Part shown: positions 22,725-28,253 of the stretch, piece by piece
Numbering within the stretch: position 1 is the stretch's first letter
Layout of the letters: each line of letters opens with the position of its first letter
Assembly (NCBI RefSeq): GCF_006345805.1
Contig: NW_021833530.1
Span: forward strand, 1 to 28,253
Reading direction: 5' to 3'
Length of the DNA stretch: 28,253 bases
Source: Octopus sinensis
Lineage: Eukaryota
The notes under the pieces: generated by a model
The model's input: only the letters and a program-made list of their open reading frames with translations
What the model was told of the DNA's origin: nothing
Databases searched by the model: none
Translations under genes and position numbers: made by a program

Positions 22725-23187
22725 ATATATATTTGTAAGTCCTGGTGTTTTTGTTATGTATTTGTCTGAAAATCTTTTTATCATACCTAATACGCCTACT
22801 ATGATAGGAATTGTTTCTGCTTTTAGATTCCACATTCGAGTTCCACCTCTATTTCCAGGTTTTATTTTTTTGAAAGTTTCTCCATTTCTTTCAGAGAAAC
22901 GTTGTCATCTGCTGGTATTGATACATCAATTAGAAAGCATTTTTTCTTCATGATCTCTGACAAGTATATCGGGCCTATCGGCCTTAATTTCTCTATCTGT
23001 GTGTATTGGCATATCCCAGAGTATGGTTGCTTTCTCGCTTTCTGAGACCTTTTCTGGTGTGTGCTTATACCATCTTTTTTCTGTTATTCTATACTGTTGG
23101 CATAGATTCCAGTGTATGTAGGTCCCAACTCTGTCGTGTCTGTGAATATATTCCTTCTTAGCCAGGACTGGACAGCCAGAGATAATG

Positions 23188-23190
<3 letters not shown>
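22725..23190 (-). mobile_element. R4/Dong-like LINE fragment, same subfamily as 15441-16237, 5'-truncated at (TAA)n
   Basis: Translation gives NHIISGCPVLAKKEYIHRHDRVGTYI... and MWNLKAETIPIIVGVLGMIKRFSDKYITKTPGLTNIY; it aligns directly with 15600-16040. Confidence 0.88.
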
Positions 23191-23231
<41 letters not shown>

Positions 23232-23785
23232 GAGTGAGAGAGCAGTGCATGCCATCAAAGTGACACTGGGGTAAAATATACAAAGCCCAGTATACCCATC
23301 ATGACTACCCGTTTGATAAGGGTACACCAGGCACATGCATCACAACCATATGTCCGCGACATGGTGATCTCATATCAAGATAAACAGCACATGACGTTGC
23401 AGGTGGGGCCCAGTTAGAATTTTCTTCTGGTCGAGTAACTCATCCCGCTCAAAACGTCCCTGAATAAAGGTTCTTTAAGGATGTTGAACTAAACACCCAT
23501 GTTTCCAAAGGTGAATTATTCAAACCCCAAAGAATCCCTCTCAACACATGGCTATGATGCTCCCCCACTTCTGTTCGTGATCAGAGATGCATATACCGTC
23601 AGCCACCAAAGGACATGCTCAACTGGTTAACGTCAAGCAACTGACAAGCAAATCTCTGGTACTGAGCAGAATATTTGCTGTAGCCCATCTTTTATAACAA
23701 GACGAAACAATGTACATCATAACACTTCCAATCAGTTAATATCAGAAGCTATGAGAGCCACTGCTTGTACTGCATCAGGGCATTT
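23232..23785. mobile_element. Unclassified ~554-bp interspersed repeat bounded on both sides by (ATT)n
   Basis: A second partial copy lies at 12238-12642. I see no long ORF, tRNA head or TIR. ATT arrays are at 23191-23231 and 23786-23908. Confidence 0.75.
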
Positions 23786-23818
23786 ATATTATAATTATTA
23801 TTATTATTATTATTATTA

Positions 23819-23903
<85 letters not shown>

Positions 23904-24763
23904 ATTATTGTAAACTATATAAAATTTCTTCCATCGAACAGTGGGAGTTTTACTGAATTTAACAAAAAAATTAGGTAAAGGGTTATGAATATCTTTCACA
24001 TTGTGAATTGAGATGATTATCAAAGGAAAACATTTCGAAACGGACACTTATTTTTAATTAAAAAAAAAAAATAGATATAAGATAAAGCTTTATTTTTTTC
24101 TAGATCAACGGCTTCCATTGATAAGAGATGTTATTATTGACTTTTAAAGATAGATTTCATGAATATGATTGGTTAATAAAAAAAGATTAAATGAACATCT
24201 CCTCCAATCCATGCCAAAGAAATGTTGATCAGGGTTCTATTTAGTGTAAAAAAAAAAAACAAGCAACAAAAATAGCAACAAAAAAAGGAAACAAAATCAA
24301 AAACAAAAATAAAGCCCAGAAAATGAAGTAATGTTACAGTTAAATGAACCGGAAGTGGATTCGTTAATTGAAATTTCATGCGACACTCCTCTGGAACAAA
24401 AATTTGGCTAACGTTTCTTTAATTAGTTTTTGGTTCATTTGTTTAGAAGAGTATCGGAATTTATATAAGGTATTCCAGTACGAAACTAGATTCTCCACGT
24501 TGATTTTCATTAAAAAGAAATAAATGGCAGAACATATTAGGTGTCCGGCAAAATTCGAAGGGTAAATTAACTTCTTTCTTCCAAAAATAAACATCGTCCT
24601 CCATATAATAATAAAATAAAATGAAATAAAATAAAATATAATAAAATGAAATAAAAAATATCTCTCACATCTCTTTTGCATTCTTCATTTTCTTAATATT
24701 GTTTCAGAAATAATGAAATTATATTGTAATTTGCAACTATGTTCAATAAACTGCAAAACTTAA

Positions 24764-25149
24764 TCTATATAAAGCTGAAGTTGTCTGTGTGTGGAAGGTT
24801 TGGTAGCCTTCAACTAACACTATCTCCTCCGAGACTCTGCGGCGCAAGTTGACCAAAATTGAGAGTATGATAGAAGAAGGCTTGCTCTTCATTCCGTAGA
24901 AGAAAAAATTCAAATCAAACCATGTCAACACCACAAATTATTTACATCAAAAAGGTGCTTTTTTCTATGAAAAATCCCTATTTTTTATGGATTTTTGACT
25001 GCTGTGTCGCTATTTTTCGGTGTATTTCAATCAGAAAAATGTTCACTTAAAGAGAATAACAAGCTACATAATGCAGAATTTTTACCTTTCAAAAATTCTA
25101 ATTCTAAAGGGTCGAAACAAACCCGAGCAACGCCGGGCGATACTGCTAG
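24764..25149 (+). mobile_element. Non-autonomous Helitron
   Basis: Inserted between A (24763) and T (25150). The 5' end is TCTATATAAAGCTG, the 3' end is CTAG, and a GC hairpin CCCG-A-GC-AAC-GC-CGGG lies 8 nt upstream of CTAG. Confidence 0.8.
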
Positions 25150-25299
25150 TTATATTTATATATTTCTTACTGAACTTAAGAAGACGCATTAAAATAGATA
25201 AAAAATTATAACAAATACGATTATATTTGTCGTACTGCATCATGAAGATTAGTTAATACTTTTTGATGGTGTCGAGAAGATTTTGATAAGTGAGTAATC

Positions 25300-26160
25300 A
25301 TTTGGCTGAACAGTCAGCGCGCCAGACACAATGGATAGTGGCATGTCATTCGGCCCTTTACGTCCTGAGTTCAGATCACGCCATGGACAACTTTACTTTT
25401 CATCCATTCCAGGCCAATAATTAGAAATAGCCATCAACAACAAATTTCAAGAGATCTCTTCAATGTAATCGACTAAACCCTCCATTTAAAATATTTCTGT
25501 CAATATGCCTTTATTATTATTATTATTATTAGGCAGCGAGCTGGCAGATTCGTTAGTAAGTTGGACGAAATGCTTAGCGGTATTTCGCCCGTTACGTTCT
25601 GAGTTCAAATTCCGCCGAGATCGATTTTGCCTTTCATCATTTCGGGGTCGATCAATTAAGTATTAGTGAAACACTGGGGTCAATGTAATTCGATGAGATC
25701 CCTGACCCAAAATTGCTGCCCTTGTGGCAAAGTTTGAAACCATTATTATTAAAGCGGCGAGCTGGCAGAATCGTTAGCGCGTTGGACGAAATGCTTCGCG
25801 GTATTTCGGCCGTCTCTACATTCTGAGTTCAAATTCTACCGAGGTCGACTTTGCTTTTCATCCTTTCAGGGTTGATAAAATAAGTACCAGTGAAACACTG
25901 TGCTTTTAGTAGAAAGGATTATTATTGTTATTGTTATTATTAATGTGTTGAGCAGGCAGAATCGTTGGCACATCGGATAAAATGCTTGACAACATTTCTT
26001 CCGGCTGTTTACGTTTTGAGTTCAAATTCTGCCGAGGTCGACTTTGCCTTTCATCCTTTCGGAGTCTATAAAATAAAGTACTAGTCAAGTACTGTGGTCG
26101 ATGTAATTGCTTTGCTCTTGTCCCCAAATTCACTGGTCCTTCACCAAAATTAGAAAGAAT
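25300..26160 (+). mobile_element. Head-to-tail train of four family A SINEs separated by ATT tails
   Basis: Heads at ~25300 (degenerate), 25531, 25751 and 25950; each has the CTGAGTTCA/TTGAGTTCA core, with (ATT)n between copies. Confidence 0.85.
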
Positions 26161-27029
26161 GAAAGATAAATATCAATATTATTTATTCATTGCACAATAC
26201 GGATATACATAAATATATGTATAAATATATACATACATACATATATATGTATATATATGTATATATATATACATACATACATATATATATATATATGTAT
26301 ATATATACATACAATACTGGTTTCCGATGTTTTCTCTTCAGGCTAACCATCAAATATTAACAATAGACCTTGGACAGACCAAAAACTTTCTTTCTACCAA
26401 TAGGAACTATTTTGGAGCACTCGCATACCTGAACTGAAATCCAACACCCCTGGTGGTGCTACAGTTTTCTTGGAATTGAACTTATTACGATGATAGCAAA
26501 TACATCTTTTGTATTTGTTACTGGATATCTCCATATTTTGATATTTTTACCCTTAATTCGGCATATTGGAACCCTGACGCCTATTGCAAGGACGTCTCTT
26601 TCATATGTCGTGTATAATGATAAGCAAAAAGCAATAAAAAAAAATTTAAAAAATTACAAAAATTTTAAAAAGGCCTTTCGACCATAAACTCCAAATTTAG
26701 TTGAATCAGTTTTAACTATTATACGTTAGTAAAAGTCTGAAAATAGAATCTATATGAGGTACAGATTCTGTGGAATATGTTTTGATTTAGCACAATCTTT
26801 GTATCTATACCTGAAGAATCCCTTACTAATATTACTGAAATAATAATAATAATGATTCGGCAATGACAATGGTAAAGTGACGATGAAACGTTTGTAGTAC
26901 GATGCAAGAAAATGTGTTGCTCAATCCATTCTATCTTGTATATAAATATATATATGTGTTTGCGTGTGTATGCGTGCGTGTGTATGCGTGCGTGTGTATG
27001 CGTGCGTGCGTCTGTACGTGTCTGCGCGC

Positions 27030-27059
<30 letters not shown>

Positions 27060-27062
<3 letters not shown>

Positions 27063-27335
27063 TAGTGGTTAGGGTGTGGCACTAACGATCGCGAGATTGT
27101 TGGGTTGATAACCGGATCGTTTGGTGCGTTGTGTTCTCGAGTAAAACAACTTTCTTCCTATTCCTTTGTGTATACATTGACATTTGAAACGTGGCACACA
27201 GTACATATATGCAGGCAAGCTCGCCTCCATAGAGCAAGTGAGCTTGTGTGCTGCACATACGCTTGACCGCAGTAAGCAAATCAACTGTTCAGTTTGACTC
27301 TGTAAGAAATCGCAGAACCATCGTCATCAGAACAA
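27060..27335 (+). mobile_element. Old tRNA-derived SINE, degenerate
   Basis: AGTGGTTAGGGTGTGGCACT...GATTGTTGGGTTGATAACCGG resembles a decayed tRNA head. Confidence 0.45.
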
Positions 27336-27342
27336 GAAACTA

Positions 27343-27907
27343 TTGGGTTGTCCGAAAAGTTCGTGCCGATTTATAGTAGCTTACCATTCGACTAATTTTA
27401 GAACATGGTTGAGTCCATAACATAGGATTTGATTACAACTCCATTTAGAGCACAGTTTAAGCTATATTTTCGTGGAAGAAGGTTTATGTTCCTATAACCT
27501 GTGTTAATTCTGTAACCCTTTAAAATGGAAGATAAGAAAGTTAATTTTCGGCACTTGATGCTTTGGGAACCAGACCAAAATTGCTGCAGCTCGGCTGGGA
27601 TGTGTTCCCCACCCTCCATATTCACCAGATATTGCTCCTTCGGATTCCCACTTATTTACGTCTCTGCAGAATAGTCTTAATGGTAAAAATTTCAATTCCT
27701 TAGATGACGTAAAAAGATACCTTGATGAATTCTTTGCCATGAAACCACCTCAATTCTGGGAAGAGGGTATTTTCAAGTTAAAGGAAAGATGGAGACGCAT
27801 TGTGCAATAAAATGGTTCATATTTTGTTGATTAAAAATGTAATGGCAAGTATTTATCGACCTTTTTCTCTCTTTTAAAAATCGGCACGAACTTTCCGGAC
27901 AACCCAA
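27343..27907 (+). mobile_element. Internally deleted mariner (DD34D) element of 565 bp with near-perfect 30-bp TIRs
   Basis: Left TTGGGTTGTCCGAAAAGTTCGTGCCGATTT versus right reverse complement TTGGGTTGTCCGGAAAGTTCGTGCCGATTT (1 mismatch); TA on the left and TG on the right. The N-terminus MEDKKVNFRHLMLWE (27525) is fused out of frame to KLLQLGWDVFPHPPYSPDIAPSDSHLFTSLQNSLNGKNF...ERWRRIVQ*NGSYFVD*. Confidence 0.92.
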
Positions 27908-27959
27908 TGCAATAAATCAATAAATCAATAAATAAAATACATATATTTATATAACATTC

Positions 27960-28253
27960 TCTCTATCTATATATGTGTGTGCATGCGTGCGTCCGCGCGT
28001 GTGTGTGTATGTGTGTATATGTGTGTGTTACGCTGAGAAGTGCATGGTAGCGGTGCATCAGCATGGCCACAGTTCTGAGCTTAAGCTAGAGAAAAAAAAT
28101 GTGTGTACACACACACACACATATATATATGTTTATATGTATATGTATATATAGATGTATATATGTATATATGTATATATGTATATAATATATATGGTAT
28201 ATACATTTACATATACATATACATACATACATACATATATATATATATATGTA
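27960..28253. repeat. (TG)/(TA)/(TACA) microsatellites with a short SINE tail fragment at ~28040-28098
   Basis: Direct reading; GCGGTGCATCAGCATGGCCACAG resembles the family C tail. Confidence 0.8.

Noticed and set aside
24030-24560. TIR-like motifs CGGACACTTA (~24041) and TAGGTGTCCG (~24538)
   Set aside because: They are short, face outward and enclose no transposase remnant.
26342-26437. Acceptor TTTCTCTTCAG followed by 31 codons (ANHQILTIDLGQ...YLN*)
   Set aside because: The peptide is unrecognised and there is no upstream exon support.
26811-26895. Penelope-like hammerhead CTGAAGA...GAAACG
   Set aside because: The intervening sequence does not close stem II onto GAAA, and there is no matching stem III or cleavage triplet.

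Overview
This is eukaryotic non-coding DNA, either intronic or intergenic, made almost entirely of microsatellites and transposable elements. The repeat content suggests an octopod cephalopod (Octopus-like); this is an inference, not a database result. I found no convincing host protein-coding exon, rRNA, functional tRNA or CRISPR array. Nearly all ORFs in the supplied track are translations of simple repeats or decayed transposons. Recognisable content: about 20 tRNA-derived SINE copies from several families; five 5'-truncated R4/Dong-like RLE retrotransposon fragments, all on the minus strand and mostly at (TAA)n/(ATT)n sites; an RTE 3' end; four Tc1/mariner lineages (full-length decayed DD41D rosa/VS, internally deleted mariner with intact TIRs, DD37D maT fragment, Tc1 N-terminus); a hAT Charlie/Buster fragment; and a non-autonomous Helitron. 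I do not see a new gene system. The most interesting signals are mechanistic junction footprints: a 20-bp snap-back hairpin exactly at a LINE 5' truncation; SINEs sitting directly in front of older SINE heads with duplicated flanks (11 and 51 bp); a SINE trimer bounded by one 9-bp TSD inside a transposon TIR; a ~690-bp SINE fold-back; and an orphan ~554-bp non-coding repeat embedded in ATT arrays.
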